Source of the DNA: Takakia lepidozioides
Lineage: Eukaryota; Plantae; Bryophyta
Direction: 5' to 3'
Assembly: GCA_030704615.1 (NCBI GenBank)
Contig: CM060732.1
Span: forward strand, 50,530,001-50,594,000
Length of the DNA stretch: 64,000 nt
Part shown: positions 51,501-64,000 of the stretch, piece by piece
Layout of the letters: every line of letters starts with the position of its first letter
Position numbering within the stretch: position 1 is the stretch's first letter
The notes under the pieces: generated by a model
Seen by the model: only the letters and a program-made list of their open reading frames with translations
What the model was told of the DNA's origin: nothing
Databases searched by the model: none
Translations under genes and position numbers: made by a program

Positions 51501-54500
51501 TCATTTTGTCCAATCGCTCCAAGAACTTCAGTCATGCTCTGTTAACGCAAGAAATGAAGTCGAAAGAGCAGTGGACTCTTGGGAGAGTTTCGTTTCCTCC
51601 GTGGCTGACAAGATCATTGGGAGGAAACTAATTGTCTGCGGTAGAGCAGTTAATTGGTGGACTAATGAGATTAAACTCAAGATAGCTGAGAGACGAGCCC
51701 TCTATAAAGAGTGCTGCAATTTGGAAACCAACAGAGAATTGTGGGCGAGGTACTACCAGCTCCGTAAAGATATCAATCAGCTTGTTAGGTCTCAGAAGAA
51801 ATTATACTGGGACAAGTTATACAGTGAAATAAACTCAAACCACCATGGTGGTAATGACAAGAAATTCTGGTTGGCCCTTCAACGTTTGTACAAACTGAAA
51901 AACGGTCAGCAAGTACAAGCGCTGAAGACTACTAAAGGTGCAGTGGTGTCTTCATCGGTTGACATTGTCAAAACCTTTGAAACTCACTACAGTATCCTTG
52001 GCAGAACTTCTAGGTCTAACAGTGAGGGGTCTTCTGCTGAATGGAGGGACACAGTTGGAAAAACTGTTCCTATGATTCAAAACAGCCCTGATGAACTCGA
52101 GTATATTTCAATGGCTTATAATGCTCCCATTAGTTCTTCTGAGATTGTGGAAGCAATTGAACATTTAAATGGATATAAAGCTGGTGGACCTGATGGTATT
52201 GTCAACGAGCTTATCAAGCACGGTGGCGATCCCATGATAGAGGCCCTAGTTCTCCTCTTTAACCTTATCTGGAAGACTGAAATGATCCCCTTTCGCTGGC
52301 GACAGGGGGTCATTGTCAATCTATACAAGAAGGGTGACAGAGAAGAACCGGGGAACTACCGTGGCATCACGCTCCTCAATGCTGTTGGCAAGACATTCTG
52401 CAGAGTTATAAGTACTCGTCTCGAGGTTGATCTGGAGTCTAGAGGTTGTTTCCACGAAGGCCAAGCTGGCTTTCGGCGAAACAGGGGCTGTGTGGATCAT
52501 ATCTTCACTCTAAGCCAGATTATCCAGGGAAGGAAAAAAGAAGGGAAACCCACTTATGTCTTTTTCCTGGATGTCAAAAAGGCTTATGACACAGTGTGGA
52601 GAGATGGCCTATGGTTCCGCCTCTGGTCTTGTGGGATCAAGGGAAAGATGTGGAGAGTTGTCCACAACTTGTATGCTCACACCAAAAGCTGTGTCACTGT
52701 TAACGGACAGAAGTCCAACTTCTTTGACATAGACCAAGGTGTAGCTCAAGGATGTACTCTCTCCCCTCTGCTCTTCAATGTTTTCATCAATCAACTCCTC
52801 GAGGATGTGGAAAGTGAGGGATTTGGGTTAAGGGTGGGTGATACCACCATACCAGCCCTTATGTTTGCGGATGACTTCGCAGGCATAGGGGAGACTCCAA
52901 CCAATCTCCAGGAGTTGATTGATTGCGCGAAGAGATACTTTGATCTTTGGGGGCTAAAGGCTAATGTCAGCAAATGTGCAGTGGTAGCATTCAACGACAG
53001 AGGAGAGGGAGGAAGTGATCTTAAGTGGCAGTGGGGTAGCCAAGAGATCCCGGTCCTCCCTTCCTACACTTACCTGGGCGTTGAGTTCTCCTCCAATTGT
53101 AATTGGGATGCACATATCCGGAAAGTTGTTCAAACTGGCAAGGGCAAAGCTCTGGGGCTCACTAAATTTTTCCACTGCAGAGGGGTCAACTCTGAGGTCA
53201 AGAAAACCATGCTTTGTCGCGTTATTAGACCTGCCTTGGAGTACGGATCTGCTATATGGGTTGATAACTCCAACCAGGCTAAGTCTCTAGAATCCATTCA
53301 AGTGGGGGTGCTTAAGGAGTGTATGTCAGCATGCTCCAAAACAGCCAATGTGGCTGTTCGCTGTTCGGGGTGAGTTTGGCATTCCGTCCTTAAGCTCCCG
53401 ACGAGATGAATTCAAGGTCAGATGGTGGGGTCAGCTGCAACATATGCCCAACACCAGATATCCTAAGTTAATCGACTCTATATCTTGGAAACAGGACCGC
53501 CCTGTCAAACAGGCTAAGTCCTGGCAGAAGAGAGTAGAAGGGATCCTCAAGGACCTGGACCTGGATCCGCAAGTCTTGACCCTGCTGGATAAATCTGACT
53601 TAGAGGCTGTAGTGTCCTCAGCCATGTCTGTTGCCATGAGATTGTCTGATGAAAATGAAGTTAGGCAGAAAACTTCCCTGAACTTGTTTCCAGTCTGTGA
53701 CGTGGGGGAGGACATCTTGGATGACCTCAAGGGTCTACCCACTCTCGGCACTAGACTGAAATTTAAACTCAGGGCAGGAAGCCTACCTTTGAACAGCAAA
53801 CAGAAGCAGAGAGGAAAGGGAGAGTGCAATTGCCCGTTGTGTGGGCAATCTGAAGACAGTATTCATTTTCTGATACACTGTCCGGGGTTCTCTCACCAAA
53901 GAGACGCTCTCTTCAAATCTATTAAGGCCCTGTTTACCAACTTTGAAAGTCTCGAGGCAGCCAAAAGCCCAGGCCCTCCTGAGGCCTAGTTTTTGGGCAA
54001 ATCACACACAGCAGATTGATGCTTGTGTGAAGGGATTTCTAGAGGATATCTGGAAAACCCGGATTAATTCTTTATATGGAGGTAAGTCTTACTACCAACG
54101 TCAGCCCCTGACAGAGGTAGGTTCTGTCCCTTTTGTTCCCGCTCAAACTGGGCGCGGGGTCAATGGCCACAAGGCTACGGCAAACAACGTCTTATGAGTA
54201 CAATCTCTCTCTCTCAATTGTTTGACAATTGTGAAATTATCAACAAGGGTTTGAGGTACGAGCATAGTATCTGGCTAAAACTGAATTTGAAGGGCGGCAT
54301 GAGTACAAAGGACCTCTTTGTTGGTTGTGTTTACATGCCCACAGAGGGGACCCTTAGTGCTGATGCAGACAAGGCCTTCGAAGATGTAAAGCTGGACTGT
54401 GCTTCGTTCCTTGCCAAAGGTCAGGTGGTACTATTGGGGGACTTCAATGCCCGGGTGGGCAAAGGGATCCATCAGGACGATATCATTGGACCTTTTGGTG

Positions 54501-57500
54501 AGGACGAGCTGAATTCTAATGGCAGACGGTTAATTAACTGTCTAGAAGAGCTTCAGCTTTTGACCTTGAATAACAGGACAAGAGGTGACCAAGTGCAGTG
54601 GACTCGTGAGAAACCCCAAACTGGGGAACGTTCCATTGTGGACTATATCATAATGGACAAAATTTTGTTCCCCCAGTGTGCCAATGTGTTGATCGACAGA
54701 ACTGATATTGGTACCTCTGACCACTTCCTGGTTTGGACTGAGATCAAAAGGTGTTTTCCCACCACCAAGAGATCTGTGAAACGTTCGATTCGGAAGTGGC
54801 GCATAGAAAAATTCCACAATGAGGAGGTCAAGGCTGAGTACGTCCAGGCCTTGCAAGAGGCTCTCCCTCATTTTGTCCAATCGCTCCAAGAACTTCAGTC
54901 ATGCTCTGTTAACGCAAGAAATGAAGTCGAAAGAGCAGTGGACTCTTGGGAGAGTTTCGTTTCCTCCGTGGCTGACAAGATCATTGGGAGGAAACTAATT
55001 GTCTGCGGTAGAGCAGTTAATTGGTGGACTAATGAGATTAAACTCAAGATAGCTGAGAGACGAGCCCTCTATAAAGAGTGCTGCAATTTGGAAACCAACA
55101 GAGAATTGTGGGCGAGGTACTACCAGCTCCGTAAAGATATCAATCAGCTTGTTAGGTCTCAGAAGAAATTATACTGGGACAAGTTATACAGTGAAATAAA
55201 CTCAAACCACCATGGTGGTAATGACAAGAAATTCTGGTTGGCCCTTCAACGTTTGTACAAACTGAAAAACGGTCAGCAAGTACAAGCGCTGAAGACTACT
55301 AAAGGTGCAGTGGTGTCTTCATCGGTTGACATTGTCAAAACCTTTGAAACTCACTACAGTATCCTTGGCAGAACTTCTAGGTCTAACAGTGAGGGGTCTT
55401 CTGCTGAATGGAGGGACACAGTTGGAAAAACTGTTCCTATGATTCAAAACAGCCCTGATGAACTCGAGTATATTTCAATGGCTTATAATGCTCCCATTAG
55501 TTCTTCTGAGATTGTGGAAGCAATTGAACATTTAAATGGATATAAAGCTGGTGGACCTGATGGTATTGTCAACGAGCTTATCAAGCACGGTGGCGATCCC
55601 ATGATAGAGGCCCTAGTTCTCCTCTTTAACCTTATCTGGAAGACTGAAATGATCCCCTTTCGCTGGCGACAGGGGGTCATTGTCAATCTATACAAGAAGG
55701 GTGACAGAGAAGAACCGGGGAACTACCGTGGCATCACGCTCCTCAATGCTGTTGGCAAGACATTCTGCAGAGTTATAAGTACTCGTCTCGAGGTTGATCT
55801 GGAGTCTAGAGGTTGTTTCCACGAAGGCCAAGCTGGCTTTCGGCGAAACAGGGGCTGTGTGGATCATATCTTCACTCTAAGCCAGATTATCCAGGGAAGG
55901 AAAAAAGAAGGGAAACCCACTTATGTCTTTTTCCTGGATGTCAAAAAGGCTTATGACACAGTGTGGAGAGATGGCCTATGGTTCCGCCTCTGGTCTTGTG
56001 GGATCAAGGGAAAGATGTGGAGAGTTGTCCACAACTTGTATGCTCACACCAAAAGCTGTGTCACTGTTAACGGACAGAAGTCCAACTTCTTTGACATAGA
56101 CCAAGGTGTAGCTCAAGGATGTACTCTCTCCCCTCTGCTCTTCAATGTTTTCATCAATCAACTCCTCGAGGATGTGGAAAGTGAGGGATTTGGGTTAAGG
56201 GTGGGTGATACCACCATACCAGCCCTTATGTTTGCGGATGACTTCGCAGGCATAGGGGAGACTCCAACCAATCTCCAGGAGTTGATTGATTGCGCGAAGA
56301 GATACTTTGATCTTTGGGGGCTAAAGGCTAATGTCAGCAAATGTGCAGTGGTAGCATTCAACGACAGAGGAGAGGGAGGAAGTGATCTTAAGTGGCAGTG
56401 GGGTAGCCAAGAGATCCCGGTCCTCCCTTCCTACACTTACCTGGGCGTTGAGTTCTCCTCCAATTGTAATTGGGATGCACATATCCGGAAAGTTGTTCAA
56501 ACTGGCAAGGGCAAAGCTCTGGGGCTCACTAAATTTTTCCACTGCAGAGGGGTCAACTCTGAGGTCAAGAAAACCATGCTTTGTCGCGTTATTAGACCTG
56601 CCTTGGAGTACGGATCTGCTATATGGGTTGATAACTCCAACCAGGCTAAGTCTCTAGAATCCATTCAAGTGGGGGTGCTTAAGGAGTGTATGTCAGCATG
56701 CTCCAAAACAGCCAATGTGGCTGTTCGCTGTTCGGGGTGAGTTTGGCATTCCGTCCTTAAGCTCCCGACGAGATGAATTCAAGGTCAGATGGTGGGGTCA
56801 GCTGCAACATATGCCCAACACCAGATATCCTAAGTTAATCGACTCTATATCTTGGAAACAGGACCGCCCTGTCAAACAGGCTAAGTCCTGGCAGAAGAGA
56901 GTAGAAGGGATCCTCAAGGACCTGGACCTGGATCCGCAAGTCTTGACCCTGCTGGATAAATCTGACTTAGAGGCTGTAGTGTCCTCAGCCATGTCTGTTG
57001 CCATGAGATTGTCTGATGAAAATGAAGTTAGGCAGAAAACTTCCCTGAACTTGTTTCCAGTCTGTGACGTGGGGGAGGACATCTTGGATGACCTCAAGGG
57101 TCTACCCACTCTCGGCACTAGACTGAAATTTAAACTCAGGGCAGGAAGCCTACCTTTGAACAGCAAACAGAAGCAGAGAGGAAAGGGAGAGTGCAATTGC
57201 CCGTTGTGTGGGCAATCTGAAGACAGTATTCATTTTCTGATACACTGTCCGGGGTTCTCTCACCAAAGAGACGCTCTCTTCAAATCTATTAAGGCCCTGT
57301 TTACCAACTTTGAAAGTCTCGAGGCAGCCAAAAGCCCAGGCCCTCCTGAGGCCTAGTTTTTGGGCAAATCACACACAGCAGATTGATGCTTGTGTGAAGG
57401 GATTTCTAGAGGATATCTGGAAAACCCGGATTAATTCTTTATATGGAGGTAAGTCTTACTACCAACGTCAGCCCCTGACAGAGGTAGGTTCTGTCCCTTT

Positions 57501-60500
57501 TGTTCCCGCTCAAACTGGGCGCGGGGTCAATGGCCACAAGGCTACGGCAAACAACGTCTTATGAGTACAATCTCTCTCTCTCGCAAGCAAGACAAACAAC
57601 GTCTTATGAGTGCATTCTCTCACAAGCAAGAATTTGAGTTACATTGTGGGCTGCCACAATTGGATCCGGGAGACTTAGTATTCCATTGGGTCCATGCCCT
57701 TAGGGTCTGGTATCAAACTCCAACAGGGAACAGTCTATTAGTGCATTCTCTCTCCAATCAGACCATGGCTACAATAAGCTGGAGATATTTAGGCAACCTA
57801 ATATCTGATGGAGTATTTTTAATATCTTCATGAGGATCTGGAAGCAGAACAATTAAAAGTGAATCTTTGTTTTCAATGTTGCTGCTAGATGATACTGACT
57901 GTGCTTGTGATGTTGGAATTGCCAGCTTCCTTTGGAGGCACTAGTAGTAACCTTGAATGTGTACGAACCCTCTCCTGTAAGCAATTGCAGGGCTGAGTAC
58001 ATTTTAGGATTCTTTAGGCTCTAGTTTTAATTCTCGGTAGTCTAAGCTTGTGGCTCAACATTGTCACAGTAAAGGAGTTGTCTATTGTTATGTCCAATTT
58101 AGGGACACTCTTCTCAAAATACAATAAAGTTCAGCCATTTCATTTAGTTGAGAGAGAGCTGATCGTTCTTCTATTGTCACTTTCAGATAGCCGTTGAACG
58201 AAATTTCACACGGGGTCGACCCACACAGCGAGTAGCAGGCGCGTGCTTATACATTGTATGCCGGTAACTCACTCTTCTACTTCGTGTGGACCTTTTGACG
58301 TAGTTTTGAAACCGGCTTGGCTGCTATTGGATTGGGTTTTACTTGATGTTTAGTGTGCGGTCATAATCAGACGTGATGCTCTACATGAAATCTTGCTTGG
58401 GTTTCCGTTGAATGTTTATAGGCTATCTTGATTTTTCCAAGTGTGTGAGGTTCAAATGCTCATTTACTGTTTGACATTTAAGTGTCTCTTGACCCACGGA
58501 GTAGAGGCTTTACCTTTTTCCACTTTGAATGTTTTGTTGGCTCTACTGCTAATTCCCACTGAGGGAATGGTCTGCGTTCTGTAAAGTCATTTGGGAAGGT
58601 GCCTTTATGGGATGGGTGCAGGCAGGAGAGCAAGCCATACATGCTCATTGACTTCTCTGATTGTTTGCAGACCAATGTGTACGCATCTTTTGCTGGGTGT
58701 TCTACTGTGCCATGGACTGCTTTTGACGTTAAATTTTTGTTTGGTTGTTTTTCCATCTTTGAAAGAGCATTGTTAAGTGGTTGCTTGTTCTTCTACTTTG
58801 TCCTGCAGTCATTATAAAGATACTTTTTTTCCTTTTATTCTTGTCTCTCCCCTGTTGTCTGGGATACTCTCATCAGAGAGCAACCATCTTCAACAACATA
58901 CTCCCTGTAACTCTGTTCTCCAATTTTCAAAATCTCAATGCTGAGCCTAAAGCCATGGCCCTGTGGGGTCTTAACTTTTGGGCAGATCATACACAGCAGA
59001 TTGGTGCTTGTGTGAAGGGCCTTCTAGAGGAAATGTGGAAAGCCCTAACAAATTATATATGTCATTGTAAGTCCCACTACTGGAGTGAGCCCCTGACAAA
59101 GATAGTGTCTTTTCCCTTTTTTTCTGCCAAACTGGGTGAGGAGTCCATGGCCACAAGGTTATGGCAAACAATGTCTATTGAGTACATTCTCTCCCCTGTC
59201 CTTAGGCACTATCAGAGCCATGTCTGAATTTTCGTTTTTGCAATTTTGGTTGAAAGGTTTGCCTGGAAAGTTTTCCTTTTGGTTCCACGGATCCTTTTTG
59301 ATTCCAGCAGACAAAATAAAGGCTGCATGGATGAACGCCTGAATGACTGCATCTAATATCTGAGAGTCCTTTTCACTTGTCACTTTGTGCTAATAGAGGT
59401 ACTCGGTATATGCTGATTATGTGTTGTCAGCTATAGCAGCGCCTGAATGAAGAGGACATTCGTGTGGTGGGGTTGTGCAGATATAATTTGGGAGCTGTTT
59501 TTCTCCAGCTGTGTAGATTACTGCGCTTGGAACAGCATCCAATCATGCAGAAACCTGTTGATCCAAGCCTCTTCATTCATCGCTTTGCTGACCGTACACT
59601 CTTCCCCCCTTTTTCCCTCTCCTTCTTCCTCTTCTACTCACAGACATGAGTCGGCTCATTATGAGTGTCACTTGCCTCCGCTGCTGAGTTTTGTCACCTA
59701 TCTTATGTCGAGGGTAGGGCGATTGCAGCTTTTCAGAGCACCACATGGTAGGCAAGAGATGCTCATGGGTTGAAAAAGACCTCATGAAAACTTCCAAGGC
59801 AAGCCAACAGGGGAAGTGAGAGTGAGAGTTCTAGCTGTAAAGAAAGTGGAGGGGATATGGTTGGGAGATCCAGATACATTTGTACACTGTTTATGCGAGG
59901 TCTGTTCAACTATGATTTTGCAGTTTTGTTGCTATCACTGCCTCTTCACCTTGGAGTCCACATGAGGCCATTGGGAAGGGCCAGGATAGAATGCAGCTAT
60001 ATATTGCTATCACTCTCTTAGTTCATTTCCAGTGCGTCACACAGCCGTTTGACGTCAGATGATAAGGTGCGGGGTTGGCCATGCAGGACTTCATTTTGGG
60101 AAAAAGATGCATGCAGTTGCTTACTCGGCATTGCGCCTTGTGGCTAGCATGAAGCGTGATTGGATGCAGGTCATTAACTTCTTTTTTGTAGACAATCATC
60201 TTCACCCCTCCCATCTTTCTACTTACAACCTTAGCATCTGGTTTAGGCTGCCCAATCAATTTCAACATAGCCCTGTTTGAATGTGTGGTTTCGTAACCTT
60301 TCTGTCGTTCAGTCCATTGATAGACTCATTTGGATGCAGACAGGAAGGCGACCAAGTGGCATTTGTGGAGCGGCACTATTCATTGCAGCACATATTCATG
60401 GTTTTCAGCGTTCTAAAGCCGATGTGGTGAGCTCCTCTCTATAGTTTTCCCACTGGCATATGGGCCCTCCAAAATGTTTTGGAGTATAGAACGATACTTT

Positions 60501-63500
60501 TTATTTCCTTCAGTTTCATATGGAGCTAGAGATGCTATACTTTTGATATGCAAATGACAGGACGATTTGAGGCCACCAGATTATCATAGTATGGACAAGA
60601 AGAGGGAGGACCATCATTGGGGTGTTTGTAAGCTTTCAGGTTCCCTAGCATTACCAACCTAAGGTATACATTCTAGAAGGAAGGAGGTAGATTTGGTCTA
60701 ATGGATAGTGGTCAAAGTTGTAAACACAAATCAGAGAGGGTTCGCTTACAGAATCTATCTTTAGTGTGAATTTGACCCGCTCTGTCAATTGATGGAACTA
60801 TAGGGACATTGTAACATAGTATGCTACACCAAATGATTATTTATGGTAATACCCCTTGGTCTTTCTTGATAGATTCATAGGGTTTATCGATGATTGTTCT
60901 CATTAATCTTTGTGGTATAGTTGCAAGTATGAGCTTGGCACCCACCAACTTGTGTACAGAAGCTTATGACATGGTTTTTGTGTGTTTATTTTGCAGGTCA
61001 GCGTGGTGCACATTTGTGAGGGGACCCTCAAGAAGAGACTGAATGAGTTTGAGAGCACTGAGTCTGGCAGTTTAACTGTTAGTGTCCAATCCTTTCTCCA
61101 CATCCTAAAGCTAGTAAAGAAGAAATTTATGGAGTTTGTTTGATGGACCATCTCTGCATTCTTGTGGTCTTTCTTCAACTTCATGAAACTTTGTTGGTTT
61201 AGTTCATGCCGGGGGAGTTGCTCACATAGAAAAGAAGAAAGAGAGGAATTCATCATGTCCATAGGTTCCGCATGGGACACAGTAAAACAACAGAAATTAA
61301 AGTACAATTACACCCCCAAAATTTGCAAGGAAATGGCAAGCGTCATGCAGGTAAGTTGTCAAGTCCTTCAGACTCTCATAACTGAAGGCCTCTGCCAATT
61401 ACAAGGAATGTCTAAAAGACAGTTTACGAAAAGGCTTGTAATTCAAAGTACAAAACCCTCTTGTTTTTCTCTTCCTCCCTCTGATGCAACTTTATAATGT
61501 CCAAGGGATCCCTGGAAGCCCTTGGCACAAAGTAGAACAGCAAGAAGCCTGTTCAAAATGTACCAACTTTGCCTGGAGATGAAATGCCTCATGCACAGAG
61601 CGAGACGAATGAAAGACATTTTGTTAATGTGCATGGGGGCACCAAAGGACCCATGGATTAAAAAAGGACTACAGAGAAAAGAAAGCACGAAAAAGTTCCA
61701 AATTGAAAACGTACCATGCCCAGATAGAGAATCTACAAAACGCTGTTCCAGCCTTACGGCCATTGACCCCGTGGGAAGCTAACTGGAGCATTTTGTGGGG
61801 TTTGCCCCACCAGGGTTCGTACCCAAATAGAATGCACTTAGAAGACGTTGTTTGTCGTAGCCTTGTGGCCCTCGACCCCGTGCCCAGTTGGTGCGGAACG
61901 AGAGGGAACAGATAGAAATGTACTCATAACTTTATTTGCCATAGCCTTGTGGCAAAAGGGAACAGACAGAAAGAGAGAGAGAGAATGTACTCATAAGATG
62001 CTGTTTGCCGTAGCCGAGAGAGAGAGAGAGAGAGGGAGAGAGAAGAGAGGTTTTTTAATTCTATACACCATGAAACAGGCTGAAGAGTTTGAGCTCAAGG
62101 CAAAGGAGATGGAATTGCAAGTACGGGTAGGAGCTGTTACAAGTGGACAGGCTGAAGGTCAAGGGATTACTGAGATAATGTGTGAGCACAAGGACATGGG
62201 TGCTACTCATTTTGCTCATGGTCTTTGCCGCCCATGCTATGATGAGGTCTGTTTCTCTTCCTCTCCATGGGCCCCCGTTATACAATTTTGTGTTTATATC
62301 ATCTGATGTACAGTGCACATGCGCAAGGCTGGTGATAGTCAAAGGCATACTTTTTTTTCAAGAGCAACTCATGCATACTGTATCGTTTTGAATGTGGAAG
62401 TGGATACAAGGAGGTCGGAGCTAACCATCATTTCCTCATAGATAATGGAAATAGTCGCAAATAAAGAACCGGCGCCTGTGTCTCCTGTACAGTCTTGGAA
62501 ACCACATTCACTCATGCATGTCTGTGCAATCATGTGGCTACAGTTCGTCACTGTTTCTGGAGGAATGCAAGGAGGGTCTGCCCCACCGTCGTTTCAGCGA
62601 GCTGAGCAACAGCGTATCGAAGCTGTGAGGAAGGAGTCAGGGAACAAGGGCCTTCTCTTGGATGAAGAAGAAGAGAATTGGGAGGGAGAGATCAATGGGA
62701 AGCGAGAAACTGATGCCTCTTGTGCTTCCAACCGTGGAGAAAGGCCAGCAGGAACAGGAAGGGGATGGTGTGAGGGTAGAGGTAGGGGGAGAGGGAGAGG
62801 CAGAGGCAGGGGGAGGGGTAGAGCACGTGTTGATGAAGTAGATGGGGATCTTCATTCCAGGAAAGAGCTTGAAGATGGTAAAGGGCGCGGGTGTGAGAAA
62901 GGGCAGGGGAGAGGCAGGGGACGTGGCAGGGGTAGATCTGCTGGTGATGGAGAAAATGACGATGAGATGGATGACCTGGCAATCGAACAAGGCTTCAATG
63001 GAAGACAGAATGAAAAAGGGAGGGGAAAGGGAAGAAGGGGAGGTAGGGGAAGGGGCCGACTTGTGAAGGATTGGAATGAAAAAGAGGCAGCTGTACCCAG
63101 CATTGATGAACAGGTATGTTTTCTTTGGTACTTCATGAAGTTGTAGTTCAGTCGGTCACTCCAGAGTAACTGCTTGTTTCTCCATGCCGAAGTACTTCCA
63201 TTATCTGCTTTGTAGGTCTGTATGTCTGTAATAAGGAGGTAGTGTTTGTTGCTGCTTAAAATAGCAGTGTGATGAACTGTAGTGCAGAGTTTTCATGGGG
63301 GTGTATTGCAGGCAGTTGGTTTGATTTCAGTTGATCCTCTGGCAAGCAACAATGCTGGCAAAGTATTTGGCCCTGCCCATGATCGAAGTGCTGTGACAAA
63401 AGAGCCTCGAACTCGGCTGAAGATTCAAGCAAGACAAACACGTAGAGGTGTGGCAGTCAGTCATAACGTAACACTCAGCACCAGCGAGGCTGAATGGTCT

Positions 63501-63947
63501 CTTACAAGGTCAGGTACGAATGGGAGATCCAGCAATGAAGCTCCAAAGGTGGATAGATTGAGTGAAGAAGAAACTGCAGTTGCTCAAAATGAAGAGGAGC
63601 AAGTGACTGTGGATTCTGTTAGTAGAGATTCGACACAGACCTCTCGAAGAGTGGAACAGAGACAATTGGATGGAAGTTTGGCACAGGGTAACATTACCAA
63701 ACAGGACGGTTGTGTGATGAATACTATCGAGAGACCTCATGAAAGTACAGAATTGGTGAGCCAGCAGACAGTCTTATCTGGTCAAAATGATGACTGTGTT
63801 GTGGAAGACATGGGAGGGGATGCCCAGCCCCAAAGTGAGAAGCCCCTAAGTGAGAAGGACAATCAACAGTCGTTTCCGACTTGTAGCAGAGATGATGACT
63901 GGCTGGACAATGATGCTGAGACGCTTTCCGATATTGATGACGATGAG
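45593..63947 (+). CDS. BRF1: Transcription factor IIIB subunit BRF1, partial. Exons 45593-45657, 45856-45937, 46262-46379, 46652-46737, 58187-58263, 58622-58678, 59481-59593, 60087-60169, 60340-60426, 60997-61077, 62079-62246, 62544-63113, 63312-63947; continues beyond the window
   Basis: Zn ribbon [17 protein letters not shown], cyclin folds [97 protein letters not shown] introns in phase. Confidence 0.93.
47005..47480 (+). mobile_element. 5'-truncated 3' fragment of a LINE with intact frame, inserted in (CT)n
   Basis: Follows a CT run. Encodes [34 protein letters not shown] and ends ATGAGTACAA(TC)n. Confidence 0.92.
47481..50847 (+). mobile_element. LINE (APE-RT-CCHC, RTE-X/L2-Crack-like) tandem unit 1, 3367 bp
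   Basis: APE motifs [18 protein letters not shown] (N-terminus missing). RT motifs [45 protein letters not shown]-terminal CPLC..H..C. Frameshifts at 49986-49999 and ~50590. Confidence 0.95.
50848..54214 (+). mobile_element. LINE tandem unit 2, 3367 bp
   Basis: All ORFs are identical to unit 1, offset by 3367. Confidence 0.95.
54215..57581 (+). mobile_element. LINE tandem unit 3, 3367 bp
   Basis: All ORFs are identical to unit 1, offset by 6734. Ends ATGAGTACAA(TC)n. Confidence 0.95.
58845..59193 (+). mobile_element. Older diverged 3' fragment of the same LINE family (BRF1 intron 6)
   Basis: [23 protein letters not shown]...[15 protein letters not shown]. Ends GGCCACAAGGTTATGGCAAACAATGTCTATTGAGTACATTCTCTC. 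Confidence 0.85.
61480..62045 (-). mobile_element. Cluster of antisense 3'-end fragments of the same LINE among GA repeats (BRF1 intron 10)
   Basis: Matches to the reverse complement of the LINE 3' end at ~61725-61775, ~61829-61890 (AGAATGCACTTAGAAGACGTTGTTTGTCGTAGCCTTGTGGCC), ~61914-61953 and ~61982-62015 (AGAATGTACTCATAAGATGCTGTTTGCCGTAGCC). Confidence 0.8.
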
Positions 63948-63985
63948 GTCTCTCTCTCTCCCTCTCTGTCTCTGTCTGTCTGTCT

Positions 63986-64000
63986 GCAGAGAGGAAAGGG
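63986..64000 (+). mobile_element. Probable start of another LINE 3' fragment after a CT/CTGT tract
   Basis: GCAGAGAGGAAAGGG is identical to LINE sequence at ~47055-47069. Truncated by the window end. Confidence 0.55.

Noticed and set aside
47005-57581. Whole array as one rolling-circle reverse-transcription product
   Set aside because: The leading partial copy lacks the 15-bp and 2-bp deletions shared by the three full units, so it did not come from the same template.

Overview
Eukaryotic nuclear DNA, most likely from a non-seed land plant (bryophyte or lycophyte-like; inferred from spliceosomal introns, plant-type genes and a squalene-hopene cyclase). Host genes are an F-box/kelch gene, a 5-exon PLAC8 gene, tRNA-Arg(CCT), a squalene-hopene cyclase of the proteobacterial (Zymomonas SHC1-like) type with no introns in its coding region, a small SMIM8/DUF4500-like gene, and a multi-exon BRF1 (TFIIIB) gene that runs off the right end. 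Mobile DNA is abundant. It includes a decayed Dualen/RandI-like LINE (RNase H, restriction-like endonuclease and a PCIF1-like methyltransferase motif), a full-length piggyBac with a related MITE, hAT and Tc1/mariner MITEs, a hAT MITE nested in reverse inside its own copy upstream of the cyclase, a Harbinger remnant and a fungal-type PD-(D/E)xK pseudogene. The most striking structure is in BRF1 intron 4: a head-to-tail array of a (TC)n-associated LINE, made of one 3' fragment plus three apparently identical 3367-bp units joined by ATGA stop-start overlaps. Many small 3'-end insertions of the same LINE lie at CT/GA tracts in other BRF1 introns.
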